Source of the DNA: the human T2T-CHM13v2.0 reference genome, Homo sapiens
Direction: 5' to 3' (one strand)
Length of the DNA stretch: 64,000 bases
NCBI RefSeq assembly: GCF_009914755.1
Contig: NC_060931.1
A program made the position numbers and the translations under genes. Positions 36,366-51,870 of the stretch are shown piece after piece. The notes below the pieces were generated by a model. That model saw nothing but the letters and a program-made list of their open reading frames with translations, was not told where the DNA came from and made no database searches. Every line of letters starts with the position of its first letter. The first letter of the stretch is position 1.

Positions 36366-38344
36366 GGCAGTGGGGGATCTCCGCTTTGGGTCTCCTGGCT
36401 GCAAAGCGAGGACAACTATGAGCCTTAAACGCACACCAGGAGTGTAATAAGAGCATCTGCTGCGTCACTAACTCTTCCCATTTACCGATGAGGAAACCAA
36501 GACAGAGAAGTCAAGTCACCTGCCCAGAGTCACGCAGGAGAAAGTCGTAGGCCGGCTTTGAGCCCAGCATCCTAGTTGCTGAGTCTCTGCAATCAACGAC
36601 TGCCCCCAACTCCTAGTAAATTCATCTTTATTTGTTAATTAATAGTTATTTACGAGAATAAACCCATCCAACCTCCCACCCCTTGCAATAGGTATCTGGG
36701 AAGTGATGGAGACAGGCATTCTGAGCTGTCACCAGTATCTTACATGGCCAGAAAGGTGGAGTTCAGGGAGAGGATTCTCAGGATTTGGGGGCAAAATGAG
36801 TTAGGAGACCGGACTGGAGTGGGCAGCCACCTCCAGGGCAGGCTGGGAGGCCGGGGCCCTGGGCTGCAGTGAAAACTCACTGAGCAGCCTTCAGCAGGTG
36901 CTTGACTCCCCGTGGGCCTCAGTTTCCCCATCTGTACAATGGGTTGGGGCGGGGTGGGAGATAAAACATCACTTTTCTCAGTTCTTCCCCAAACCCCAGA
37001 CAGTGCAGGATTCCAGGAATCCCTGAAGGTCTGAGCCAGTGCAGGGACTGGGGGCTCAGGGTGGTCCAGCCCCGCGTGGGGTCCTTCCTGGTGCCTGTGG
37101 CTGTCTTTGGTGGGAATCCAGTGCCTCTGTCTACGGCAGCCGCATCTCCAGCCACGCCCCACGCCCCCCCCCCCCCCCGCCACCTCCCCCAGCATCTCAC
37201 TCTAAAGGGGAGGCATCTTGGGTGGAGAGTACCGGGCTGCCAGGGACAGATGGCGTTGGCCCGGGTGTCAACACAGCAGGAGCCCCCGGACCAGCCGGGC
37301 AGAATCCACTGCTGTCCAGAGCCTCTGCCAAGCACAGTGGCAGGCCCTGAACTCAGGCTGCACCTGCTGGGTGGGGAGGCCTTGCCGGGGGCCCTGGGGC
37401 GGGGTGGAGAAAAGCAGCCTGGCTTGGCCACGTCCCTAACAAGCATGACCTTGGGCAAGTGCGTCCCTACCTCTGCCCAGCCTCCTCCCCGCCTGCCCCC
37501 CAACCAGGCCTGCTGTCCTGAGTCTCCTGTCCCTCCCCCAGGACACAGTCACACACAGCTCTACGCACACCTGGCTGTGCCCCCAGCTGGCTGTGTGGCC
37601 TTGGGAAAGTCGCTTCCCCTCTCTGAGCCTTGTTAGCCTCATCTGGAAAATGGGCCCAGGTGTGGAGCATAGGAAGGCAGATCTGCAGCCCGGCCTGCAC
37701 ACAGCAGAGTCTCAGGGGCCCTCATGTGCTGGTGATACGGGGGATGCCACGTTACTACTTCATTCCATCCCCACAACCAGCCTGAGGCCCAGGTCAGGTT
37801 GCCTTCCATGGTCCCGTTGCAAAGCTGGGGAAACTGAGGCTCTGAGAGGGGAGCCTGAAGTGGGCCTGTCCCTGAAGACCACAGCAGGCTGGACATGCCG
37901 TGGGCAGGAGCGGCCACCCTCACTCACTACCACAGGGCACAAAGCACAAACAGTCACACCCCCACACTGACGCATGCACACGCCCCTCGGGGCCACAGAT
38001 AACAACAGAAGCAGAGTTAGAAACTTCTGTTCTCCATCCTTGGGTGTGGGTGCTGGGGGTGTCAGACCCTTACCACAGCTCAATCCTCAACTCTCCCCAG
38101 GGTGAGAAGGCCTGAGACCACAAGGCTCAGCACTGACCATGATGTCCCTTTGGGCTATCACCATATGCCTGACCCCGCCCCTCACACACACACCAAACAC
38201 ACACAGGGGTATCCAGGCTGACATCTGTCCACCCACTTGGTCTTGGTCAGGTGTGCTGCTAGGCTGAGCTAAGTCAGGTACCTGCTTGTGTGTGTTCAAA
38301 TGCTGGGCAGCCAGGATAACCCTGTGAACATCCACTGCAATTGC

Positions 38345-39615
38345 TGGATGGGGATGGATGGATGAATGGATGGATGAGTGGGTGGGTGAATGGAGGGAGG
38401 GAGGGAGGGAGTGAGGGAGGGAGGGATGGATGGATGGATGGATGGATGGTTAGGAGGATAGGTGGATGGATGAGTGGGTGGGTGAATGGAGGGAGGGAGG
38501 GATGGATGGAGGGATGGATGGATGGATGGATGGTTAGGTGGATAGGTGGATGGATGAATGGATGGAGATGGATGGATGAGTGGATGGATGAATGGATGGA
38601 TGGATGGGTGGGTGGGTAGGTGGGTGGGTGGATAGGTGGGCGGGTGGATGGATGGATGAGTGGGTGGATGGGTGGGTGGATGGATAGATGGATGGATGAG
38701 TGGGTGGATGGGTGGGTGGACAGATGGATGGATGGATGAGTGGGTGGATGGGTGGGTGAATAGATGGATGGATGGATGGATGGATGACTGGGTGGATGGA
38801 TGGATGGATGGGTGGATGGATGGATGGGTGGATGGATGGATGTATGGATGTATGGATGGGGATGGATGAGTGGGTGGATGAGTGGATGGATGAATGGATG
38901 CATGGATAAATGGGTGGGTTGATGGGTGGGTGGATAGGTGGGTGGGTGGATGAATGGATGGATGGATAGATGGATGGGGATGGATGGATGGGTGGGTGGA
39001 TGAGTGGATGAGTGGATGGTTGGATGGATGGATAGGGAGGAATAGATGGGTGAGTGGGTGGGTGGATGGGTGGATGGACGAGTGGGTGGATGGATGGATG
39101 AGTGGATGAATGGGGATAGATGGGTGGGTGGAGGGGTGGATGAGTGGGTGGATGGATGGATGGGTGGGGTAGATGGGTAGGTGGGTGGGTGGCTGGATGA
39201 ATAGATGGGAATGGATGGATGGGTGGATGGGTGGGTGGATGGATGAATAGATGGGAATGGATGGATGGGTGGATGGATGGGTAGGTGGGTGGGTGGCTGG
39301 ATGAATAGATGGGAATGGATGGATGGGTGGATGGATAGGTGGATGGGTGGGTGGATGGATGGGTGGGTGGATGGATGGGTGGGTGAGTGGATGGATGGGT
39401 GGGTGGATGGGTGAATGGGTGGGTGGGTGGATGGATGGATGGATGGATGGGTGGATGGGTAGGTGAGCGAGTGGCTGGATGAATAGATAGGGATAGGTGG
39501 ATGGATGGATAGATGGTTACATGGATGGATGGGTGGGTGGATAAATGTGCGGGAGAAGGCATGGATGGATGGATGGAGGATGGATGGATGGGTGAGTAAT
39601 GGATTGATGGATGAG
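38345..39615. repeat. (GGAT)/(GGGT) microsatellite field, ~1.3 kb
   Basis: ggatggatgggtgggt tracts. Confidence 0.97.
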
Positions 39616-40604
39616 TAGAAAACAGAAACCAAGAGAGGCTGAGGGCACTATGAGTAACCCCCCATTGTTTAGTAGTGGAGAGGGGTTGCTTGCCGGCTGC
39701 AATGAGCCCCATTCATCGATGAGGAAACTGTGCAGGAGGCAGGAGGTAACTGGTGCAGGGCCACACAGTGAGCTCTCGGTGGAGCCCAGGACCCTGTCCT
39801 CATGGAGGTCCCTGCCTGACCCTAGGTGGCACAAGGCACACCAGTGCCACACAGACCCTCAGAGACCCCAGCTGAGACCCTGGCCTCAGACAGCCCAGGC
39901 TTAAGTGCCATACACAGAAGGGGTGTCAGGGGCACCCTCACCTGCACTTCTTGCAGTCCCATCCAGGGCTCCCACCTCCGGATCTGTCCCTCCTCCCCAG
40001 CCCTCATTTCCAGCCTCAGTGGCCTTGGGGAACCAGCTGCCCCACCTGGCTCTCCAGACCCCTCTGACAACTGGAGCTGGACACGAGGTGGGAGGGTTCC
40101 CCAGCCCCAGGTAATTAAAGCGCATGGTTATGTAGAAGTTTGTAATTAAACACTCGCACATCTTCAGACATCCCAGCATGGCGCCTGATGAATTAATTAC
40201 GAGGATGCCAGACCCTCAGGTTTTCCTCCTCACTGAGTATGGAGGGGTGGCCCTGAGCCTTCATGTCGGACAAACGAGTGGGGGGCAGGATGTCAGGGGA
40301 GCAGAGCCAGCTTCCACCACAGGCCCTTCTCCTGGCCCCTGGCTCTGCCAGCAGCCCACCCCCACCCAAGTACCTAGACCAGAAACAAGACATCCTCCCC
40401 AACCGCTCCAGTCTCAAAGCCGTAAGTTCCAGACCCGACGTCCTTGACCAGCACCCACCTGGCCACCACCCCAACTCCTCCCTCAAGCCTCTCCCACACC
40501 CAAGTCTTGTCCACCCCACCACCCTAAGGCGCCCACTCTCCCATCCCCTTTCTGCCCCTTCCTGTTGCCCCTTCTCCCGCCTCCCCAGAACCCAGATCCG
40601 ATGA

Positions 40605-41035
40605 TGCACTAGGAAGGGCACGTCACTTCTGTGGTCTCCCTCCCCAAGCCCAGAACCTCAATCAGACCACGAGAAAAGCCTCAACAAATCCAAGTCCAGG
40701 GACATTCTGCAAAATACCTGAGCAACACTCCTCAAAACTGTCAAAGTCACAGAACAGAGGAGCCCCAGGAGATTTGAGCATGCTGTGTCGCGTGGGCTCC
40801 TGGAGGTGGAGCTGGAGCAGAAAACGGGTAATAGGAGGCACAGGAAATCGGGGGAGAGTGTGGGGTTTCACGATGAGTCATGTGCTGATGTGGGTTTCTT
40901 AGCTGTGACAAACGCACCAAAGTAATGTAAGATGTTAGCATTAGGGGAGACCGTACTGGTGTACAGGAATTCTCTGCGCTGTCTTTGCAACTTTTCTGTA
41001 CATCTAAATATTTTAAAATAAAAAGGTTCTTTTAA
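40605..41035 (+). mobile_element. L1MC-like 3' end
   Basis: gggacattctgcaaaatacctg...ctcctcaaaactgtcaaagtca...gtaatgtaagatgttagcattagggga...tttgcaacttttctgtacatctaaa. Confidence 0.7.
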
Positions 41036-41046
41036 AAAGGGAGTTT

Positions 41047-41427
<381 letters not shown>

Positions 41428-41620
41428 TTACCCAACAGAATAACTGTTTCCTGTGCTTTTCTGCATTTGAAATGCTACCTAATTAAACATGTAAGAAAGA
41501 ACAAACCCAGATGGAACGTCACCCCTGCCTGATACTCTCCAAAGGCTTAGTCTTTAGAATCACGTCCAATATTCTCACCCTGCAGACAGAACAAGAACCA
41601 CCTGGCCCTCCATTCCCGCT

Positions 41621-42121
41621 CTGATGTCACACAGAGCCTGGCCTATCCCTAGGGCTCCCACAGTCTGCCCTCCACCACCATCTGACGTCACACAAAAACC
41701 TGGCCAATCCCTAGGGCCCCCACACTGCGCTCCACCCTCATCTGACTTCACTATAAAACCTGATCGACCCCTAGGGCCCCGCATTCTACGCTCCACCCAC
41801 AACTGACGTCACACAAAAACCTGGCCAATCCCTAGGGCCTGGCACCCTGTGCTCCACCCCGATCTGACGTCACACAAAAATCTGGCCAATCCCTAAGGAC
41901 TGGCACCCTGTGCTCCACCCCCCCCCCACCCCCCAGTGACGGCACACAAAACCTGGCTAATTCCTAGGGCCCCTGCACTCTGCTCCACCCCCATCTGATG
42001 TCACACAAAAACCTGCCAATGCCTAAGCCCCAGCACTCTGTGCTCCACCCTACTGACGTCACACACAGCCTGGCCAATTCCTAAGTTCTGGCACCCTGCG
42101 TTCCACCTGCCTCTGATGTCA
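41621..42121. repeat. ~60-bp minisatellite (8 units plus start of a ninth) carrying CRE and CCAAT motifs
   Basis: Consensus tctgacgtcacacaaaaacctggccaatccctagggcc..gcaccctgtgctccaccccca. Confidence 0.92.
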
Positions 42122-43409
42122 TCCAGAGCCCGGGGCCTTCCCCTTTTGCAGCTTCTGTGAGTCTAGTGCTGGGAGCCCTGTGGGTCGCAGCCAGCACCCC
42201 CAGAGGGGTCACCACTGTGTGCCTCACTGAACGTGAGCCTAGTGGTTCACAAAGCCCGCCCCACCCACCCAGGTCAGGGCTCAGGGCTGCCTGTGAGGTG
42301 AGCTTCGTTCTCCCATTTCACAGATGGGGAAACTGAGGCAGAGGGCAAACGCATCTGCCCAGTCCATTGAAGTGCTAGCGTTCTTCCACACTGCTCCCAG
42401 CCCTGGCTTCTCGCCTGTAAACTGTCTCGGACCAAGAATCCTGCCTGTACGCCCAGCCTGGCTGAAACACAGTCTCAAGGCACTCAGTGTTCCGGGCCCT
42501 GTTACCCCTCCAGCTCCCATAACCCCGTCTCCTCCTCCTCCTCGCCCTCCTCCTCCTCGCTGTCTCTGCACCACTTCCACCTGCCCGGGCCTTTGCACCT
42601 GCAGGTTCGTACCCTACGGGGTGTGCCCTGCCTTGCCCTGACAGCACAGCACTGCCCGGCCTCTGCTCTTCTCCACCTGCCATGGGCCTTTCACGGGACC
42701 TGAGGCCACACGCTCTGTACATGTGTGCGTCTGTGCATTGCCTGTTCCCCTCTGCTGGGAGGTAAGCAGGCCATGGTCTCCATTGCTATACCTGCTCGGA
42801 GCAGCCCTGGCAGGTAGTAAGCACCCTGTTCTTGGAAGAAGCCATGTCCAGGTGGGGGGGGCAGGTGTTGGGGGAGGCCTCTGATTCCGGCTAGGGCAGG
42901 GGTAAGGGTCTGGCAAGGCTGACCAGCATGCCCACCATGTGCCCCTCATCCCTGAATGCACCCACCTCCTCTGCTGGCAGGGCCAGGTCGCCGCCTCAGC
43001 TCCTCCAGGCCTGTTGGAGCGGCAGAGTCCAGAGCTGGCCAGGCTGCAGGAAACCCACCAGTATGGCCAGGTGGCTCCCCTGGTGGCTGCTTCCTGCCCA
43101 GCCCAACCTGGCTGCCACCAGCTCCCTCCACCTGCCTGCTCCGTGCAACCCTGGAGGGTCCCTGAACTCCTCGGAGCCCCGGTTTCCTCCTCCAAACAGT
43201 GGAGGCTCCTGTGTCCCAGTCCTGGTCTGGAGGAAGTTCCCTTAGCTGGGCCTGGCTGCTGTTCTGGGAGTTCATGGTCTGGGGACATTGCTACCACCTT
43301 GCTTTACAGAGCATGATCCAGGCTCCTCCCGGCGGCACCTGTAGTCAGAACTCGCTCCAACACAGGCGAGGAAACAGAGGGCCAGGGGGCAGAAAGGATG
43401 ACTCGGTGA

Positions 43410-44085
<676 letters not shown>

Positions 44086-45589
44086 CCCGTTCATGAACAC
44101 ACGTGCTTGCATGAACACCCACGTATAATCATGAGTGTGCACACACTCCAGGGTTGGGGGTAACCCAGGCCCTGAGCCTAGCCTCCTTGGCTTAGTATGC
44201 ACATGTGTGTGATGTGACTGATACGTAACACGCATCCCATGGGCGTCCCGTGCCAGGAATTGAGGGGGCCACACCCTACTCAACGCGGGGGACAGTCTCC
44301 GGGCTCCGTGGCTCACGGATGGTGGAGCGTGTCATTTCCCGCATGTGACACAGAGTGCGGACTGTGCAGAAGGCGGCTCTGTGCCTCGGAAGGCAGGGTG
44401 CAGAGGCGTGCAGCGCTCACCACGGGGATGCGGCCGGCTCCTGGGACGGGACCTGGAACGCGGATGTGGCCGGATGTTTAGTGGGTGCCGTGCACGGTGT
44501 CTGACACATCAGATGTGATGTATACCTCGCACGAAAGACGTTGTGTTCATCAACAAATCAATTCAGTGACACTTTGCTGAGCACCTGCTATGTGCCAGGC
44601 CCCGGGTATACAGCGGCGAGTGGACAGATCAAGTCCCTGCCCTCGTCGGGGGTGGTCAGGGAGACCCACTGAAGACTTGGGGAGGTCGGGGCGACCACTC
44701 CAGGACAGAATGTTGTGGACAGCAGGGCCATCAGGCAGTGTGCCCGGGTTGTCCGAAACCTGCAGAGGCCAGTGCTGCCAGAGTAAGCAAACGGCAGGGT
44801 GTCCCGAGGGCCAGGGGGCAGATGGCAGGCCTTAAAGCCACACAGGTGCCCCATGCCCTGACACAGCCCTGGCCTCTGGGTGACAAGCACCTGAGGGGCT
44901 GTCTGTGGTCCCAGGACATGGGAGGCCAGGCTGCTAGAGTCTGAGGACCGGCGGGGTCCTGGGTGCCCTGGTGCCCCTGCACAAGGCTGGTTCCCCATCT
45001 TTGGAGGTTTGCTAACTGCCCCCCATACCACAAGACTGGCTGGCCCCGCAGAGGGATGGCAGTGGCACGGAGTGAGACCTGAGGGGGTGGCCAACAGTCT
45101 TCAGCATCTGTGCAGCCCAACTCCCATTGTACCAAAGGGAGACTGAGGCTTGAAGAGGATGAGGCCTGGCCCAGACCCTTCAGAAATGGGACAAGCTGCT
45201 GGGACGAGCTCTTGGGTCCTCAGTCTCCCTGGCCAGGTGTGCACAGGTAAATAGGCAGGTGTGTGGCTCAGTTGGAGGGCAGGTGTCCCCGGGCTCGGCC
45301 AGAGCATTTGGGTGGCAAAAGCTTGGCCAAAGCCACAGCTCCCAGCCAGTCCCCGCTGAAGGCCCCGTGAGGCCAGCTGGGCCGGCCACCCAGGCTCCCA
45401 GAAAGGGAAACTGAGGCTCAGAGAGGGCCGCCCCTCGCCTAAGGTGCTCCAGTGCAACTGAGTCAGACTGGGTCCTCAATCTTCCCACCCTGTCCCCCCA
45501 CCCCAGCCTCTGTGACAGAAAGAGACCAGGGCCCTGGCCAGGGGCCGAATCCCACCCCAGCCTCACTCTGCCCCAACCCCCCAAGGAAC

Positions 45590-46240
45590 AATTTACCTTT
45601 CGGAGCTGGTCCAAGATATTAATTAAGATAAATCTACCTCAATTTTGAGATTCTCTTATCATGTAATTTATCAAAATTATGTTAATTATTTCTGTAGGGC
45701 AGCAAAATTATTACCTCTTTTGTGTCTGATTTGTATTAATATTCATAATTTAATAATTCAGCATCTTGGCCATCTGGTCCGGGAACAGGCTCCCTTCCCT
45801 CCCTCAGTCTGAGCCAAAGCTTCCCCATCACCCCCGCCGGTGTCCCCAGGGCCCCACCCGCCCTGTCCCCGGTGTCTTCCCTCCGTCCAGCCCTGCAGAC
45901 GCTGCCCCCTGCCCCCTGCCCCCTGCCCCAGCCCTGATGGCCCCGCCGGCCCCGAGGCACAAACAGGTACTCGCACAGGTACATGCACGCCCTCGCCACC
46001 CCCGCTTGGCAGGTGAGCCAAGCTGAATTGACATTTTCCACACTTTGTGAGTTTTACACTGTAATTTGACATAATTAATGCCTACATTACTGCTGATAAT
46101 TTAGCTAGTTAATTAAACTCGGAGGAGATAATTAAGGAAAGGCTACTGCTTGGATTGCTAATTGTTTTTGTCATTATTTCAGGGGGCCGACAGCTGCTGG
46201 CTGAGTCATCCTGTTTTGTCAGCTGATGGGTCATGTGACA
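45590..46240. promoter_or_regulatory. Candidate bipartite homeodomain-site-rich enhancer
   Basis: Two TAATTA-dense blocks (45590-45770, 46020-46180) split by a GC-rich spacer. Confidence 0.55.
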
Positions 46241-46619
46241 CAGGGGTCCCCCAGGGGCCCCCCACTTCCAGGGGAGGGAGGAGCGCAGCTGGCTACCTGG
46301 CTGCTGCCTGGAGCCTCGCCAAGCGCTGCTGGCTGCTCTGGTCTGGCCTCACCCGCTCCAAGCAACGACAGCTTCCCACGGTCCCTGGGGCCTTCTGAGC
46401 CCGGCTGAGAGCTCTGGCCGGAGGCACACCCAGGTCAGCCTAAGCCAAGGAGAAGGGGGCACCCCCAGCCCCTGCATCCAACCCTAAGACACGAAGTGGC
46501 ACCTGGCGGCATCTCAGCCTTCTGCAGTGGTCAGATAAGAAGCAGAACTTTCTGAGCCTGCTGGAAGCAGAATGGATGAGCCCACATTGCAGAGAATGAC
46601 AGGGAAACTGTGGGAGTAA

Positions 46620-47142
46620 CAGAGAGGGAGAGAAAAGGGGGAGTGGGGAGAGGAAGAGAGAGGGGGGAGAGAGAGAAACAGACTGAGAGAGAGGGAGAGA
46701 GAGACAGAGAGGGAGAGAGGGAGAGGGAGAGAGAGACAGAGAGAGGGGGAGAGGGAGAGACAGACAGGGAGAGACAGAGACAGAGAGATGGAGGGAGAGA
46801 CAGGGAGGGAGCGACAGAGGGACGGAGAGATGGAGGGAGAGAGAGACAGAGAGGGAGAGACAGAGACAGAGACACAGAGGGAGAGACAGAGAGAGGGACG
46901 GAGAGACAGAGACAGAGTCAGAGACAGAAGGGGAGGGAGAGACAGAGACAGAGAGGGAGGGAGAGACAGAGACAGAGGCAGAGACAGAAAGGGAGGGAAA
47001 GACAGAGAGGGAGGGAGAGAGGGAGACAGAGAGAGGGAGGGAGAGAGGGAGACAGATGGAGGGAGAGACAGAGAGGGAGGGAGAGAGGGAGACAGACAGA
47101 GGGAGGGAGAGACAGAGACAGAGAGGGAGGGAGAGACAGACT
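46620..47142. repeat. (GA)/(GAGACA)-rich polypurine simple repeat
   Basis: gagagacagagaggga tracts. Confidence 0.95.
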
Positions 47143-48154
47143 GAGCTGGGAGTGAGGGGGAAGAGGCGGCAGGAGCAGCACGTGGAGAAGCTGTCAAGCT
47201 CACCTTCCCCAGCCCCATCCCGCCCACCCTCCTGGGGACTGGTTGACTCAAGGTCAGAAGAAGGGGCTACGCCTGGGGAGGCGTGTCATTGTCACTGTTG
47301 TCCTCACTTCCATGGAAAACGGGGTCTTGCAAAGGTCCCACAACAGGGAGGTGGCCCCAGACCCAGTGCAGGCCTGGGGAGGGCCATGGCGCAGGAGGCT
47401 GGCCCAGTGGCTCTGCCCTGGTCGGGGATGGGATGGCAACTCTGCTTCCTGGGCCTCAGCATCCCCACTGACTTCAAGAGAGTGGACGGGGCTGGACAAC
47501 CCCCAGGCCCCAGCGCAGACGGTGTGGGGAATTGAAGGACATCCCGTCGGCGTGACATCAATGGAAACCAATAGGGTGTTGACTTGGCTCTCAGGAAATT
47601 CAAGTCAAAGAGGCTTACACGACCCTGGATTCATTATCCTTCCCAACAAGAAATCTACACATAAGAAGGTTCTAGACTGGCTAATTCAGGGCTCAGTGAC
47701 ACCAACAGGAGGTCAGCAAAGACCCAGCAGCCTTCCCTGTTTCTGCCCAGCTCGTCTCTGCTTGGCGGCCTTACCATCCCTCATGGTCCCAAACTGGCTG
47801 CTGTGGCACCGTGAGTCCTGTGTACCACCACAGCACCCCAAATACCAGATGGCATCCAGCAAAGTTGGGGGCTGTGTCTGCCACATAATCATACTATGTT
47901 CTTAATGGGAGGTTTCCAGCGGACTTAGAATCCCAAGACTTTCTTCTGCTGAACCCTTGATTTTCTTTCCTCTGCTGGTACCAGCTGTAGCTTGGACCAC
48001 AACAACTGCCTTTCTCACCACAGCAAAGCACTGCCTCATGGAACCCTTAATCAGTAGATTCTGACTTCAGAAAGAAGGGTTCCCTTAGCAAATCCCTAAT
48101 TCCTGCCTTGAGCTTTCAGATTGGCTACCTTCAACCTAAACTCAACCCTCTCTC

Positions 48155-48760
48155 TTTTTTTTTGAGATGGAGTCTCACTGTGTCGCCCAGGCTGGAGTGC
48201 AGTGGCACGATCGTGACTGACTGCAGCCTCAAACTCCCAGGCTCTAGCAATCCTCCCCCCTCAGCTTCCTGAGTAGCTGAGACTACAAGTGCATGCCACC
48301 ATGCCTGGCTAATTTTATTTTATTTTATTTATTTTATTTTTTTTTTTTTTTGACACAGAGTCTTGTTCTGTCACCCAGGCTGGAGTGCAGTGGCCTGATC
48401 TCGGCTCACTGCCATTTCCGCCTCCCGGGTTCAAGCGATTTTCCCAGCTCGGTCTCCAAATAGCTGGGATTACAGGTGTGTGCCAGCATGCTTCGCTAAT
48501 TTTTGTATTGGTAGTTGAGACAGGGTTTCTCCATGTTGGTCGCAAACTCTCGACCTCAGGTGATCCACCTGCCTCGGCCTCCCAAAGTGCTGAGATTACA
48601 GGCGTGAGCCACCACACTTGGCCTAATTTTTAAAAATTTTTGTAGAAATGGGGTCTCACTATGTTGCCCAGACTCATCTCAAACTCCTGGGCTCAAGCGA
48701 TCCTCCTACCTTGGCCTCCCAGAGTGCTGGAATGGCAGGCATGAGCTTCCGCACCTGGCC
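48155..48760 (-). mobile_element. AluJ with an AluS nested in its central linker (~48316-48624)
   Basis: Right arm, complete second Alu, then left arm. Confidence 0.85.
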
Positions 48761-49066
48761 TCCTGCCCACATCTTGATCTCAGACTCTGGCCTCTAGAAG
48801 TCTAACTGTTCCTTGAAGCCCCCCATTTTCGGTACTTTGTCACTGCAGCCAGACATCACTCATGCATCCCCAATATCCATTCCCCACCTCCCCTTTTAGC
48901 GGCCACAGCAAGCCCCAGAGGGAACTACATTCCCCAGCATCCCTTGCAGCCTGCCCTGGCCATGTGACTATATTCTGGCCAATGAGGATAGAGCAGGCCA
49001 CACCTGGTGGGCCCTGGATGTCAGCGAGGGGGTTATATGTCCTTGGTTTCTGCCCCCTGGACCTCA

Positions 49067-49897
<831 letters not shown>

Positions 49898-50330
49898 CTA
49901 GTTTCATCCCATGGGGGTGTGTGTGGGCCTGGGTTGATGGGGTCCTGGGGGGACAGGGTCCTGCTGTGAAGCTGGACTTAGCCTAGAGTGTAACAGGAAA
50001 CCCCAGAGGGCTTCTGCAGGGGCCACCAAAACACTGAGCTCACTTGGGGAGGGTGGGGAGACACGGAGAGTCCTGGAGTCAGGGGCTGGTGGAGGGGAAC
50101 GCTCAGACCCAGGAAATCGTGTGGGAGAAAACGGACAGGATGTGGACGAGGGAGGGGCTACCATGATGGTGGACACCCCAAAAATGGTGAGCAGGATCTC
50201 AGGAGACCCTGCAATGTGCCAGAACACCCCCGTCCACAGAAATGGAACCCGAGCCACAATGAATGGGCCACACCTGCCATTTTCAATTTTCTAGTAGCTG
50301 CGTTTAAAAAAAGTAAAAAGAACGAAGCGA

Positions 50331-50735
50331 GAGCCAGGCACGGTGACTCATGCTTGCAGCCTCAGCTACCTGGGAGGCTGAGGCAGGAGGATCACTTGAG
50401 CCCAGGAGTTTGAGATCAGCCTGGGCAACATAGCAAGACCCCAGTTCTACAAAAAAATGCCTGTAATCCCAGAATTTGGGAGGCTGAAGCAGGAAGATCG
50501 CTTGTGTCCAGCAGGTCAAGACCAGCCCGGGCAACAGAGTGAGACCCCATCTCTACAAGAAGTTAAAAAATTAGCCAGGCGTGGTGATGCACGCCTAGAG
50601 TCCCAGCCACTTCGGAGGCTGAGGTGGGAGGATCGCTTGTGTCCAGCAGGTCAAGGCTGCAGTGAGCTATGATCACACCACTGGACTCCAGCCTGGGCAA
50701 CAGAGCAAGACCCTGTCCCAAAAATAAATAAATAA
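50331..50735 (+). mobile_element. Alu monomer followed by AluJ
   Basis: Left-arm-like monomer plus dimer with (TAAA)n tail. Confidence 0.85.
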
Positions 50736-51060
50736 ATACATTTTTATAATTGCTAGCCTGATGGCTTCTTTTCATCTTAGAGACCGCGAAACCCCCAACA
50801 GCTGCTCTCGGCTACCAGGGAAAGGGCCTTGTTGAAGTGCAAAACTGAAGCAGAAAGTCTTTGCTTCCACGCCCGCCCCTGCAGGCCGAGTCCCTGTCCT
50901 CTGGGCCTCCAGGCCACTTAGTGTTAGACCCAGCCTCCGTCCCGCTGGCCCCAAGGGTGGCTTTCTGGGACTGTGTCCCCGGGCCTGCCTCTTCTGCTCT
51001 CCTCGGCTTTCAATTTGCTGTGACTTGTGTGACTGCATCCTTCTCCCTCTTAAATATTTA

Positions 51061-51377
<317 letters not shown>

Positions 51378-51539
51378 ATATTTAAGGTGGCAATTCTTAA
51401 AATGGGAACATGCATCTGCTGAAATCCCTCCGCCGTCCCTGGTATATCCTCGGACCTTGATCCCAGCCACCGCCTGTGTGCAGATGAGGCCAAGTCCATC
51501 TTGCCAGGCACTGACCCCGGGCCTGCTGCTCCTGCTCAC

Positions 51540-51870
51540 AAAACCAATCGCCCCTTTTCTGGAAAGTTCTCCCCCGTAAGTCGAGACTAGAAATGGCCCA
51601 TATGGAAATATAATGTTGTTAAAACCACTGATTAAGTTTTACACAACTGTGTGAGAGCAAACGAAAAGGTTTTAGCTTTTTAATTTAAGAAAAGAGGAAT
51701 GTGATATAATTTCAATTTGTGATAAGATGAGATGTTCTCGATATTGCAGTTTCAATTGGATTATATCCTAACGTGCTTTATAAAGTGTCAGGCCGGCTGC
51801 CGACGAAGGGGTGTGTGTGATTATCTTTATTAATAATCCGGTGGGCTGGTGTTTTTTCTATCCGTCTTCA
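51540..51870. promoter_or_regulatory. Candidate homeodomain-site-rich enhancer
   Basis: AT-rich non-repeat island; CAATTGGATTA at 51753-51763. Confidence 0.45.

Noticed and set aside
38274-39712. 452-aa and 392-aa HPSI-repeat ORFs
   Set aside because: Translations of the (GGAT)n array.
41621-42121. CRISPR-like appearance of regularly spaced motifs
   Set aside because: The intervening segments are homologous to one another (a tandem repeat, not unique spacers), the context is eukaryotic, and there are no cas genes.
46495-46515. Weaker CTCF-like motif (another near 55825-55845)
   Set aside because: Mismatches at core positions; such matches are frequent in GC-rich DNA.
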